Shown piece after piece: positions 31,118-40,333 of a stretch of DNA of 64,000 nt; position 1 is the first letter of the stretch; each line of letters starts with the position of its first letter. The DNA is from an uncultured Spirochaetota bacterium (GTDB taxonomy: Bacteria > Spirochaetota > Brevinematia > Brevinematales > JAOACQ01). The translations under genes and the position numbers were made by a program. The notes below the pieces were generated by a model, which saw only the letters and a program-made list of their open reading frames with translations, ran no database searches and had not been told where the DNA came from. The stretch covers positions 96,001 to 160,000 of the forward strand of contig CAWAOD010000010.1 in assembly GCA_963783575.1 (NCBI GenBank). Reading direction: 5' to 3'.

Positions 31118-32320
31118 TCACTTATAATCCAGGATGTCATTTTTCAGTTCTTTATAATATTTCCCGGCTGAATCTTTAATTCCGGCATCATAATCGCCGT
31201 TAATGATTGACTCAAAAATATCCTTCGCCGCATAAGCGTCAGGAACAAATTGATATATTCTTGCAATATTGATCATTGAAGTACCGAAAAATTTTTTATC
31301 GCTGTTATATATTTTAGTCCGGCTGATAATCGTATCAAGTAAACTCTTATCAATACTGTTCATACCAAGTATAAGATCTTCCAGGCCAAGCAAGGTGTCT
31401 TTAATGGTAGATTCATCACCCGGCACCGCAGTTCCGGTAAGGATATTAAGATAATTCCTGAGTGATTCTTTATTATTCAGCTGTCTTTGCTGGATTTTTG
31501 CGGTATAATACAATTTTTTCGCGGGCTGAATGACCTGATCTATCTGTGACTGGGCTTCCGTAAGACTTTTCATTCCTATAAGAGTATCGATCAGCTTATA
31601 CCGGATTTTTTCTTTTTCTTCAGGAGTAACATTTGCAGAATTAAGCATTTTCCTGTACTCGCCGGCCGCGCTCTCCTGTGAGAGTCCTTCGGTAGAAGTA
31701 ATGACCATAGATGGAAATATAGATTGATTTGTCCCCTGTTCCATCTGAGGCTGGGTCTCTGGAGCTGATGATGCTTGATTTGTTGATAATTCTACAACTG
31801 AAGATGAAGATATGGACTGTTTTTGCACGGTTTGCAGCTGAATATAATAATATATATTAGTCTGCATGTTCCCGTCAACATTAATTATTTGAAATTGTAT
31901 TTTACTGTCGGTCTTCCCGCTGTGAAAAAGAAAAAAACCCTTATCCTGTCTGGAATTATCTTTTAAATATTTTGTATCTCCCTGAATCGATTTTAATACG
32001 ACAAAATTATTATTTTGAGGCAGGTTTATGGAAAAATCATTATTTTCCGGAATCTGGAGCTGTTTATGGATCTCGGCGATTTTTTTAACCGCCGTTTCAG
32101 TAATAACAGGTTTATTGACTACGATATTCGTTTCTGTTTTTTTCTGGCCTTCGGATTTGTTGATTTTTAAACCGCTTTCCTTTAATAACTGGTCTATTGA
32201 AAACAGGCTGACATGATTCAAATTCCTAAAAAAAATCAGATGTTCCTGCGTAAAACAAGCCTGTAAAAGTATCATCAAAAATAATAATGTTTTTTTTAAA
32301 CGGCTGAAGAGCATTAACAA
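31118..32320 (-). CDS. Hypothetical exported protein with helical-repeat C terminus
   Basis: 400-aa ORF, hydrophobic N terminus, Ser/Gln-rich linker. Confidence 0.7.
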   Translation of the reverse strand: MLMLFSRLKKTLLFLMILLQACFTQEHLIFFRNLNHVSLFSIDQLLKESGLKINKSEGQKKTETNIVVNKPVITETAVKKIAEIHKQLQIPENNDFSINLPQNNNFVVLKSIQGDTKYLKDNSRQDKGFFLFHSGKTDSKIQFQIINVDGNMQTNIYYYIQLQTVQKQSISSSSVVELSTNQASSAPETQPQMEQGTNQSIFPSMVITSTEGLSQESAAGEYRKMLNSANVTPEEKEKIRYKLIDTLIGMKSLTEAQSQIDQVIQPAKKLYYTAKIQQRQLNNKESLRNYLNILTGTAVPGDESTIKDTLLGLEDLILGMNSIDKSLLDTIISRTKIYNSDKKFFGTSMINIARIYQFVPDAYAAKDIFESIINGDYDAGIKDSAGKYYKELKNDILDYK

Positions 32321-32383
32321 ATTCCCCCAAATTTTCTATCCTAAGGATCTAACGATTCATAGAATCAACAGATTCCTTAGGAT

Positions 32384-34039
32384 CTATTGATCCTTTAGAT
32401 AATTTATATACTCCATTGCCTTTTTATTATCGGGATGTATGACAAGTACCTCCTGGAAAGCATTTTTAGCTTCACCATAATGATGCAGCTCGATAAACAT
32501 CAATCCCAGTTTATACAATATTTCAGGATTATTCCTAAAATACTTCTGATATTCCGATAACAACACTACCGCTGATGAAATTTCATTCAATTTAATTTTT
32601 GTTAAGGCAAGCGCATAAATTATATCAGGACTTCTCTGAATAATCAAAGCTTTATTCAAAAACCTTTCCGCTTCTTCAAACCTTTCCTCATACCCTTCAA
32701 GAATACCAATACTATAAAGAATATTAATATCCTCCGGACTAATTTCCAGCCCCAATGTAAGGTATTCCCTGGCTTTCAAAATATTATCAAGTTTCATGTA
32801 AGAACAGCCGGTTATGTAATAGATAAATGCATTATATTTATCTTTTTCAATTACTATTTTGCTGTATTCAATAGCATTTAAATATTCTTCTTTATAATAA
32901 TAACAAATTGCAAGGTTTTCATATATATCTTTAAAACCTTGTTTATTTGATATCTCAATAAAGGAGTTTTTTATACTCAGTTTTAATTTTTCAAGACAGA
33001 GTAGAAAATAATCAAGGGCGTATTGATATTCTTTTTCTGCCATAAATAATAACCCAATTTTATAGGCATATTCGGTATTTTTTTGACCGCGGCTTTCATC
33101 ATTACAGGTCAGTTTAAAAGCCTTTTTAAAACTAATCCGGGCTTCATTACGATTACCGAGTTTGAGGTTTAGATTTCCAAGCTTTTCCCAGACATCCGGC
33201 ATAGCATGGTTCAGATCGCCGGCCTTTTTATAAGCGTCCAAGGCCCGGCTCATTTGTTCCATTGATTCATAAACAACGCCAAGATAATACCATGCTTCAG
33301 GCATCAAAGGATCAATTTCAACAGCCGTATTAAGAAATTCAAGGGCTTTACCCCCGTTTCCTATCTCTAAATAAGCGACTGAAAGGCTCACATAAGCGCT
33401 AATATAGCGTTTCCCATCCCAGCCGATCACTCTCTGGAAACATTCTATTGCCTTTCTGAATTCCTGAAGCTGGCTGTAAGCGATACCGAGACCGAAAGTA
33501 GCGTCGATATCATTATTTCTTAAAGATAAATACTTAATAAAATAGTCTCTCGCCTCGCTTGAAAATTTGAAATGTATTAGACTTATGCCTATATTATAGA
33601 TTAATTCAGGAGGTGTTTGATGTGTAATCAGGGAATGAAAGTTTTCCATTGCTTTTATTATTTCATTAATTCCAAGATACGCAAAACCAAGATTGTATGA
33701 GAGATCAAAAGAAAATTCTTTTTTACTTTTGAGTTTTTCAAAATGCCCAATGGCCTCTCTATATAATTTCAATGACAGGCAGCAGAAACCCAGATTATAC
33801 AGACCTGTAACATTATCCGGATTTATAGATATCAGTTTTTCAAGATATGACCTTGCATTTTTAAAATCCTGGAAATACAGGTAACATATTGAAATATTGC
33901 TGAAAACGCTTTCCTTATTTATAAAATCATTTTCTTTCAAAGCTTCAAGCAATAAATCCAGGGCTTCTTTATATTTTTTCACGGCAATCAAGTCTTCGGC
34001 TTCAAGTTCCCTGAGATATGAATGTACTTTATTCATCAT
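32384..34039 (-). CDS. Multi-TPR protein
   Basis: Many 34-aa repeats such as YNLGF..Y.EA and AWYYLGVVY. Confidence 0.9.
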   Translation of the reverse strand: MMNKVHSYLRELEAEDLIAVKKYKEALDLLLEALKENDFINKESVFSNISICYLYFQDFKNARSYLEKLISINPDNVTGLYNLGFCCLSLKLYREAIGHFEKLKSKKEFSFDLSYNLGFAYLGINEIIKAMENFHSLITHQTPPELIYNIGISLIHFKFSSEARDYFIKYLSLRNNDIDATFGLGIAYSQLQEFRKAIECFQRVIGWDGKRYISAYVSLSVAYLEIGNGGKALEFLNTAVEIDPLMPEAWYYLGVVYESMEQMSRALDAYKKAGDLNHAMPDVWEKLGNLNLKLGNRNEARISFKKAFKLTCNDESRGQKNTEYAYKIGLLFMAEKEYQYALDYFLLCLEKLKLSIKNSFIEISNKQGFKDIYENLAICYYYKEEYLNAIEYSKIVIEKDKYNAFIYYITGCSYMKLDNILKAREYLTLGLEISPEDINILYSIGILEGYEERFEEAERFLNKALIIQRSPDIIYALALTKIKLNEISSAVVLLSEYQKYFRNNPEILYKLGLMFIELHHYGEAKNAFQEVLVIHPDNKKAMEYINYLKDQ

Positions 34040-34715
34040 ATTTCCTTAAAGTAGGTTTTTCGATAATAAGAAGTTCACTATCGACATTTAATAATTGGTT
34101 TTCAGTTTCAGAATAATGCAGAGATGTAATATAGATTATACCGTTTACAGTTCTGGCGGATTTTTCATAAGCTTTAATTAAACCCCTGGCAAGTAATTTA
34201 GCGATATAACTGAAAGGTTTATTAACTTTCATCGAAACTTTGAGTGTCATATTATTTGAGCCGGAGCCTGCACTGGAATATAGATATGGATTCACTCCTT
34301 TATAAGGATACTCATATATGAAAAAACCATTGCCGATTTTTTTAATATTCGATCCGGCGGCTTTATTTAGACTGAGTCCTCCTATATTAGAATAATCAAG
34401 ATTTAATTTCAGTGAATTCTTGGAAATACTAAAATTTACACCCTTTTCTACAGAATAATATACCGAAACGGCATCCTTGAAGGCTGACTCATCACTGTAT
34501 CCAATGCCAAAGGAAGATACCGATATCAATGAAGACCGATCAATCATACCATTAGTCGATTCAATGATTTTTAAGCCTTCAGCAGGGCTTTTACCGGATT
34601 CTTCATAATTAAGGGCGCCTTTATTTTGATCAGCGATAGTAGATGTGTTTTTTATGCAGGAAATGAATGCTGACAGCAATAAAGAGTATATTATAAGGAG
34701 TATTATTTTTTTCAA
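34029..34715 (-). CDS. Hypothetical lipoprotein
   Basis: Lipobox FISC; TTG start with GGAG RBS. Confidence 0.75.
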   Translation of the reverse strand: MKKIILLIIYSLLLSAFISCIKNTSTIADQNKGALNYEESGKSPAEGLKIIESTNGMIDRSSLISVSSFGIGYSDESAFKDAVSVYYSVEKGVNFSISKNSLKLNLDYSNIGGLSLNKAAGSNIKKIGNGFFIYEYPYKGVNPYLYSSAGSGSNNMTLKVSMKVNKPFSYIAKLLARGLIKAYEKSARTVNGIIYITSLHYSETENQLLNVDSELLIIEKPTLRKYDE

Positions 34716-34752
34716 ATTATGCTCCCTGATTTAAGCAATAACTTCAATCAGT

Positions 34753-35766
34753 TCATTTTAATACTTTTTCGATAAAAATCCTGGCCAGTTCCGGATCAAA
34801 TTGAGTTCCGGAATTATTTATAATTTCATTCTTTGCTTCTTCAGCGGACAATTCATTCCTGAATATTAATTTTGTAGTCATTGAAACATAAGAATTAGCA
34901 AGATTCCCGATTCTTGCAACCAGGGGAATATCTTCGCCTTTTAGCTTTTCAGGATATCCTTCACCGTCAAACCTTTCATGATGATAATAAATCAAATCCA
35001 GTATATCCTGATTATTTATTAAAATAGGCATTACAATTTTTTTACCGATAACCGGATGCGTTTTGACAAGATTGAATTCCTCCTCTGTTAATTTGCCCGG
35101 TTTAAGAAGAACCGCGTCGGGTATTCCGATTTTACCGATGTCATGAAGTTTGGCGCTGATTCTTATATTTTCAATTTTCTGAGGACCCAGACCAGCCGCT
35201 TCGGCAATTTTTACCGAATAATCGGAAACAAGCTGGGAATGCTCAAGAGTGGTTTTGCTTTTAGCCTCAAGAATATTCAGCAAAACATTGAGAGTTTCAA
35301 AGAAGGATGCCTGAATTTTTTCAGTCGCTTCTTTCACTTTATTTTCAAGTGATATTATATAGCTGTTTCTTTCATCAATCAGCTTAAGGCGGTCAATGAC
35401 CCTGTTGACTGAAAACATCATTTCATCAATTGAAAAAGGCTTTAAAATATAATCATAAGCGCCGTTCCGCATAGCCTCTCTAACCAGATCAATATTGCTG
35501 TAAGCCGAAACCACTATAATATGAACATCATTATTAATGCTTTTAAGCTTTCTAATAAGATCTATTCCTGAAAGCCTCGGCATCAAAATATCTGTAATTA
35601 CGATATTAATCGGATTGTTTTCGTAAAGATACAATGCCCTATCCCCGTCATTTGCCGTGAAAACGGCACTTGTATGCGGGTTAATCGCTAAAATATCCGA
35701 AATTATTTTAACAATCGGAAATTCATCATCCGCGACAAGAAAACTGTACTTTTTCTGCTCTGCCAT
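34753..35766 (-). CDS. REC plus HD-GYP domain response regulator, partly degenerate
   Basis: ADDE..TDILMP..KP; LHDIGK, HHERFDGEGYP; distal motif reads LANSYVSM. Confidence 0.9.
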   Translation of the reverse strand: MAEQKKYSFLVADDEFPIVKIISDILAINPHTSAVFTANDGDRALYLYENNPINIVITDILMPRLSGIDLIRKLKSINNDVHIIVVSAYSNIDLVREAMRNGAYDYILKPFSIDEMMFSVNRVIDRLKLIDERNSYIISLENKVKEATEKIQASFFETLNVLLNILEAKSKTTLEHSQLVSDYSVKIAEAAGLGPQKIENIRISAKLHDIGKIGIPDAVLLKPGKLTEEEFNLVKTHPVIGKKIVMPILINNQDILDLIYYHHERFDGEGYPEKLKGEDIPLVARIGNLANSYVSMTTKLIFRNELSAEEAKNEIINNSGTQFDPELARIFIEKVLK

Positions 35767-35787
35767 TTCAATACTCCCTTAAAAATA

Positions 35788-36612
35788 TTAATTGATGTTA
35801 AGATAAAACCAGGCGTTCGCGTTATTGCTTTGCAATCTGAGTGATGTCATAAAAAATTTCCTGCTTAATCGCGGATATTTCATTTTTCTTAAACACATAC
35901 CTATTTTATTGTTAAAATCCGCCGAATTACAATAAATATTTACCGCGTCAACATATTTTTCCAGCGCATCACGATATTTACTCTGGTAATAATAAATTTC
36001 ACCAACCTGAAAAAATGCCAGGGATTTAATAAAATCATTCTGCGATTCGCCGATTACTTTGTTGAAATAGCTTTCGGCTTGTTTATAATCTTCCAGGTAA
36101 TAGTATGACATACCGATAAAATATATATCATCCATAAATGGAATGATCTTATAGCTATGGCTCAAATCGGCTATCGCTTCATTATATTTTCCGCTTTTAT
36201 AGTTGGAAATTCCTCTGATTTTATAAGCGTAAACCTGGAATTCTTCCGGTACCACATGAATATCGGATAAATTAGATAATACAATTCCGAACTGTTGGGG
36301 ATTCTTCGCTTCTAAAAATGTCTGATAAGTCTTCGCAAGCTGTGCGTAGCCTTCAACTTCAGAATAATGCCCGTCTTCAGCAAGAGATTTCAATTTCTGT
36401 ATAAAATCAGTATCTCCATCAAGGGCAAGCTTAAGAACAATCCTGTATTGCCTTCTCTGGTAATGTAAATTGTTTTTATTTTTAATATCATCCAGCAAAT
36501 GATATGCCCTTAAATAATCACCCTTATCATACAATTCATCGAATTTATAATACTTTGAGCAGGAAGTCAGAATTAATAATGATAAAAGAAATAAAAGATA
36601 TTTTTGATTCAT
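35788..36612 (-). CDS. TPR lipoprotein
   Basis: Lipobox LTSC; TPR-like repeats. Confidence 0.82.
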   Translation of the reverse strand: MNQKYLLFLLSLLILTSCSKYYKFDELYDKGDYLRAYHLLDDIKNKNNLHYQRRQYRIVLKLALDGDTDFIQKLKSLAEDGHYSEVEGYAQLAKTYQTFLEAKNPQQFGIVLSNLSDIHVVPEEFQVYAYKIRGISNYKSGKYNEAIADLSHSYKIIPFMDDIYFIGMSYYYLEDYKQAESYFNKVIGESQNDFIKSLAFFQVGEIYYYQSKYRDALEKYVDAVNIYCNSADFNNKIGMCLRKMKYPRLSRKFFMTSLRLQSNNANAWFYLNIN

Positions 36613-36619
36613 TTAACCC

Positions 36620-37771
36620 TCACTTAGCGCTTAAATCCCAGAAAGAAAAACTCTCCGGAAACATGAAAATTTTAATATTCCGTCCGTTTATATTTAATAT
36701 AGAACTGCCCTCTTTGCTTTTGAATGTCCCGCTTATTTCATATATATTATCAAACTTAAAGATTGAAAAAGTATCGCTGAAATTGAAAGCAATAACTTTT
36801 TTTCCATTATACCAGATCATTTTTTCCTTTGAAATCAATATCTTCTTATCTAATGAAAAATCAGCTAAAAAATCCATTAAGTCTGCGTTAAAATTATTAA
36901 AAAAATTATATGGAACAGCAAGTTTTGCCCCGCCGGCATAAAGAAAGACGAAAGCAGAGCAATTATTAACAGAAGTGCCGCCGCTTTCAATATAATAAAT
37001 TTCGTTCTTATCAATTGCAATTTGATCCAGATAATAAAAATCCGGGACCGGCATCATAAATGCTCTTTCCCGTAATTCCCAGTAAATATCCGATGAAATA
37101 TCAGAATTTGTTGACCCGGAAAAAAGCAGGGCCGATATGCCGAAATGATCTCTTACGAATTGCGAATAATCCTCCCTGATATTATCCGGCAGATCCCTTA
37201 AGTCAATTACCCAGCGTTCAACAGGCAAATCTCTAATATTTTTAATAATTTCTTCGATTTTTTTATATGTTTGCAAATTTTTAATATCCACTATATATTG
37301 CCCGGAGTATGAAAGGCTATCCGGCGTAAAGTCCTCTATATTCCATTCGTTTTTATTATAACCCGCCTTTTGTTTAAACAAATTCACTCTGGAATAAAGA
37401 GATATTTTTCTAGTTTTAAGATATTTAGAGACGGCCTGGAATGAGCTAAAATCACCGTAAAATGTCGAATATGAGCCACGTTGAAATTTATTTCCCAAAT
37501 CATTAAAATCATAAACATCATCATCTTCAGTTTTCAGACTTCCATCATAACCCTTAAATGGAGCACTGATTATAACCGCATCAATATTGGTTATGCCTGA
37601 ATTTGAAAGGTCCTGAATGATGTCGAAATATGGCAAACCCTGATAATCCAGAATTATTCCGGAGTAGGCATCCGAGAAAAAAAATATTATAAATAAAATC
37701 AATGAACCGGTTATAAAAATAATATTTTTAGCAAAAATGATCGAAAGATTTTTTATAAAATTATGATTCAT
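36620..37771 (-). CDS. Exported or membrane-anchored GH13 alpha-amylase-like protein, apparently non-catalytic
   Basis: VYDFNDLGNKFQRGSYSTFYG resembles GH13_5 YDLYDLGEF.QKG.VRTKYG; conserved catalytic regions are degenerate. Confidence 0.62.
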   Translation of the reverse strand: MNHNFIKNLSIIFAKNIIFITGSLILFIIFFFSDAYSGIILDYQGLPYFDIIQDLSNSGITNIDAVIISAPFKGYDGSLKTEDDDVYDFNDLGNKFQRGSYSTFYGDFSSFQAVSKYLKTRKISLYSRVNLFKQKAGYNKNEWNIEDFTPDSLSYSGQYIVDIKNLQTYKKIEEIIKNIRDLPVERWVIDLRDLPDNIREDYSQFVRDHFGISALLFSGSTNSDISSDIYWELRERAFMMPVPDFYYLDQIAIDKNEIYYIESGGTSVNNCSAFVFLYAGGAKLAVPYNFFNNFNADLMDFLADFSLDKKILISKEKMIWYNGKKVIAFNFSDTFSIFKFDNIYEISGTFKSKEGSSILNINGRNIKIFMFPESFSFWDLSAK

Positions 37772-37810
37772 TTTTTATATTCTCAAATTATTAAGTTAAT
37801 ATGTTTGTTT

Positions 37811-38758
37811 TTATTTTAATTTCATATAAGCAAGCGCTGCGGAACCCATTATTCCGGCCTGATTTCCAAGTCTGGCGAAGCATATTTCAACAGCTTCCCA
37901 GGCTTTCGGCGCAGCATTTAATCTTGCATAATATTTAACTTTATCCAATAACATTTCGCCTGAATGAGATAATCCTCCTCCAAGTATACACAACTCCGGA
38001 TTAAAACAGTTGATAAGGCTCCCCACTCCGATGCCGATATACCGCGACATTTCTTCAAAGATTCCCAAAGCGGCAGGATCATTATTTTTCGCTTCATCAA
38101 CAATAACTTTTGCATTTATATTATCCGGATAATATTTAGTCAATGCGGTTTCAACTCCCCTTCCAATTAAACATTTAGCTCTTTTAATCATTGCGGACGC
38201 GGAGCCGTAAGTTTCCCAGCATCCGAAATTACCGCAGCCGCATTGCCTCCCTTCAGGTACAATAACCATGTGGCCGATTTCCCCGGCGCATCCGTTCGCG
38301 CCGCTATATATATCACCATTAATGAATATTCCGCCTCCAATACCTGTTCCCAGTGTAATCAAAATGAAATTTTTTTTCCCTTTACCAACTCCGAAGACAA
38401 ACTCTCCTCTCGCGGCGTTATTGGCATCATTATCAACAAAAACCGGAATATTGAAGGCTTTTTCCATTTCTTTAGCTATAGGATAATTATCAAATACACG
38501 TATATTGGCAAAGATTGTAATATTCCCATTTTCCATTGCGATTCCGGGAACGCCTATCCCGATTGCTTTGATATCATATTTCCTGTTATTCTCAGCTATT
38601 CTGGATATGACATTTTTTATATTTTCAACAACAACTTTCGCTGAATTTGCTTCGACCCCCGTCGGTATTTCATATGAATCCGCAACTTTTCCGCTGGCAT
38701 CGATCAACCCGGCTTTAATTGATGTTCCGCCAAGATCAACGCCTATATTATAATCCAT
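37811..38758 (-). CDS. ROK family sugar kinase (glucokinase-like)
   Basis: GVDLGGT, DNDAN, TLGTGIGGG, GEIGH, CGCGNFGCWE. Confidence 0.92.
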   Translation of the reverse strand: MDYNIGVDLGGTSIKAGLIDASGKVADSYEIPTGVEANSAKVVVENIKNVISRIAENNRKYDIKAIGIGVPGIAMENGNITIFANIRVFDNYPIAKEMEKAFNIPVFVDNDANNAARGEFVFGVGKGKKNFILITLGTGIGGGIFINGDIYSGANGCAGEIGHMVIVPEGRQCGCGNFGCWETYGSASAMIKRAKCLIGRGVETALTKYYPDNINAKVIVDEAKNNDPAALGIFEEMSRYIGIGVGSLINCFNPELCILGGGLSHSGEMLLDKVKYYARLNAAPKAWEAVEICFARLGNQAGIMGSAALAYMKLK

Positions 38759-38779
38759 ATTCTTCCTCAACCTCAAGCT

Positions 38780-39202
38780 CTATTTAAGAATCTGACCGAT
38801 CCGCTCGATCACCTTTTCCCTGTCTAAAGGCTTGACAATATAGCCTTTTGCGCCAAGTTTGATCGCTTCTTTAACAGATTCGGCTGTTCCAATGGCGGTA
38901 ATCATTATAACCACTGCATTCGGATCAAATAATTTTATCTGTTTCAGGGCTTCCAGACCGTCCATTTCCGGCATTGTAATATCAAGTGTTATTAGATCTA
39001 CATCCGAATGCAATTTTTTAAATAATTCAATCCCAGCTTTTCCATTTTCTGCCGTACCGATTATCTCAAAATCCCTGGACATAAAAATCTGGCTTAAATG
39101 CTTTATGATAAACTGAGAATCATCTATAATTATGACCTTAATATTCCCGCCCCCCGGTTTTCTGCCAGTAGGAAGACCATTTTCATCAAAAATAATACCC
39201 AT
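38780..39202 (-). CDS. cheY: Chemotaxis response regulator
   Basis: IIDDS, TLDITMPEMDG, VKP; follows cheX. Confidence 0.85.
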   Translation of the reverse strand: MGIIFDENGLPTGRKPGGGNIKVIIIDDSQFIIKHLSQIFMSRDFEIIGTAENGKAGIELFKKLHSDVDLITLDITMPEMDGLEALKQIKLFDPNAVVIMITAIGTAESVKEAIKLGAKGYIVKPLDREKVIERIGQILK

Positions 39203-39213
39203 AATATCCTCCT

Positions 39214-39678
39214 CTATTCCTTAAAAGCAATATTTATTTCAACAATACCGACACCGGTATCTATCGGTATTATTAGAGCTTCCATATCAGAGAACTCATA
39301 AATATTCAAATTTGTTCCGGTGATTATAGTCGGCGGAGTAAAATTGAATGCGAGCTTTTCTTTTTCCAGTTTTGTTACTGATCTGCCGGTTATCATGTTT
39401 GCAAGTTCACCGATTGTACTCCTTGCCATTTCGTTAAAAGACTTGAATTCCTCACCGCCATTGAGTTTGCTTGCAATTTTTAAAGACGTTTCTTCTGTCA
39501 TATCGAATACAAGCCTCCCCTTAATACTACCAATTACACCGATAACAACAGCAACTCCCTTCATAGACTCACCCAATTTTTTAAGGTAAAGCTGGCCTCT
39601 CTTAACCGTGGTTTGCAGAACTTCATTCAATATGTCAAAGGATGCTTCAACAAAAGGATTAATGTACTCAATCCGCAT
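39214..39678 (-). CDS. cheX: CheY-P phosphatase
   Basis: YINPF, GELANMITG, TPPTIITG. Confidence 0.93.
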   Translation of the reverse strand: MRIEYINPFVEASFDILNEVLQTTVKRGQLYLKKLGESMKGVAVVIGVIGSIKGRLVFDMTEETSLKIASKLNGGEEFKSFNEMARSTIGELANMITGRSVTKLEKEKLAFNFTPPTIITGTNLNIYEFSDMEALIIPIDTGVGIVEINIAFKE

Positions 39679-39691
39679 AGTATCCTCCCAA

Positions 39692-40207
39692 TTATTTTAG
39701 TGAAATTATGTACTTCAATAGATTATCAATATTTATCATCAGTATCTCTTTCGAGCCGTCAAGAATAACTCCGCTAAAAAGGGAGTTTTTAGACCATCTT
39801 TCGATATTATTTCCGGTTTTGAAATTTTCTTCGGTGGCAGGAATATTTTTATAGATGCTGTCGATTAAAATTCCGAATACATCCTTATCCTTTTTAATCA
39901 TTATGATGAACTTATCTTCTTCATTGACAACATTAAGACCTTTCATCGCGTCCTTCATACCAAGTATCAGCTTAAGGCTATAAGTCGGGAGAATGTTTCC
40001 CCGCAGGTTTAAAACACCCAGAAGAGTTTCATTGGTGTTTGGAACACGGTATATTTTTCTTGCAAAAATGATTTCCTGGATATTCATAACATCCATTGAA
40101 TAAATGCTTGATTCAAGACGAAAAGCTATGGATTGAAAAATAATTTTTGCCTTTTTCTCAACCTCAATTGTTTCTTCAACTTTTCTATTTAAAATCTTTT
40201 CTTCCAA
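39692..40207 (-). CDS. cheW: Chemotaxis coupling protein
   Basis: IQEII, RVPN, GVLNLRGNILP, GILID. Confidence 0.9.
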   Translation of the reverse strand: MEEKILNRKVEETIEVEKKAKIIFQSIAFRLESSIYSMDVMNIQEIIFARKIYRVPNTNETLLGVLNLRGNILPTYSLKLILGMKDAMKGLNVVNEEDKFIIMIKKDKDVFGILIDSIYKNIPATEENFKTGNNIERWSKNSLFSGVILDGSKEILMINIDNLLKYIISLK

Positions 40208-40333
40208 GAGATTGCCTCCTTATTTTTATCATTATCCAATATAATTTAACAGAAATCAATGGATAATAAAATTGAAGCATAGGTTTAAATTTCAGGCATT
40301 ATTTAAAATAAATAAAAATCCGGTTATCATCAT

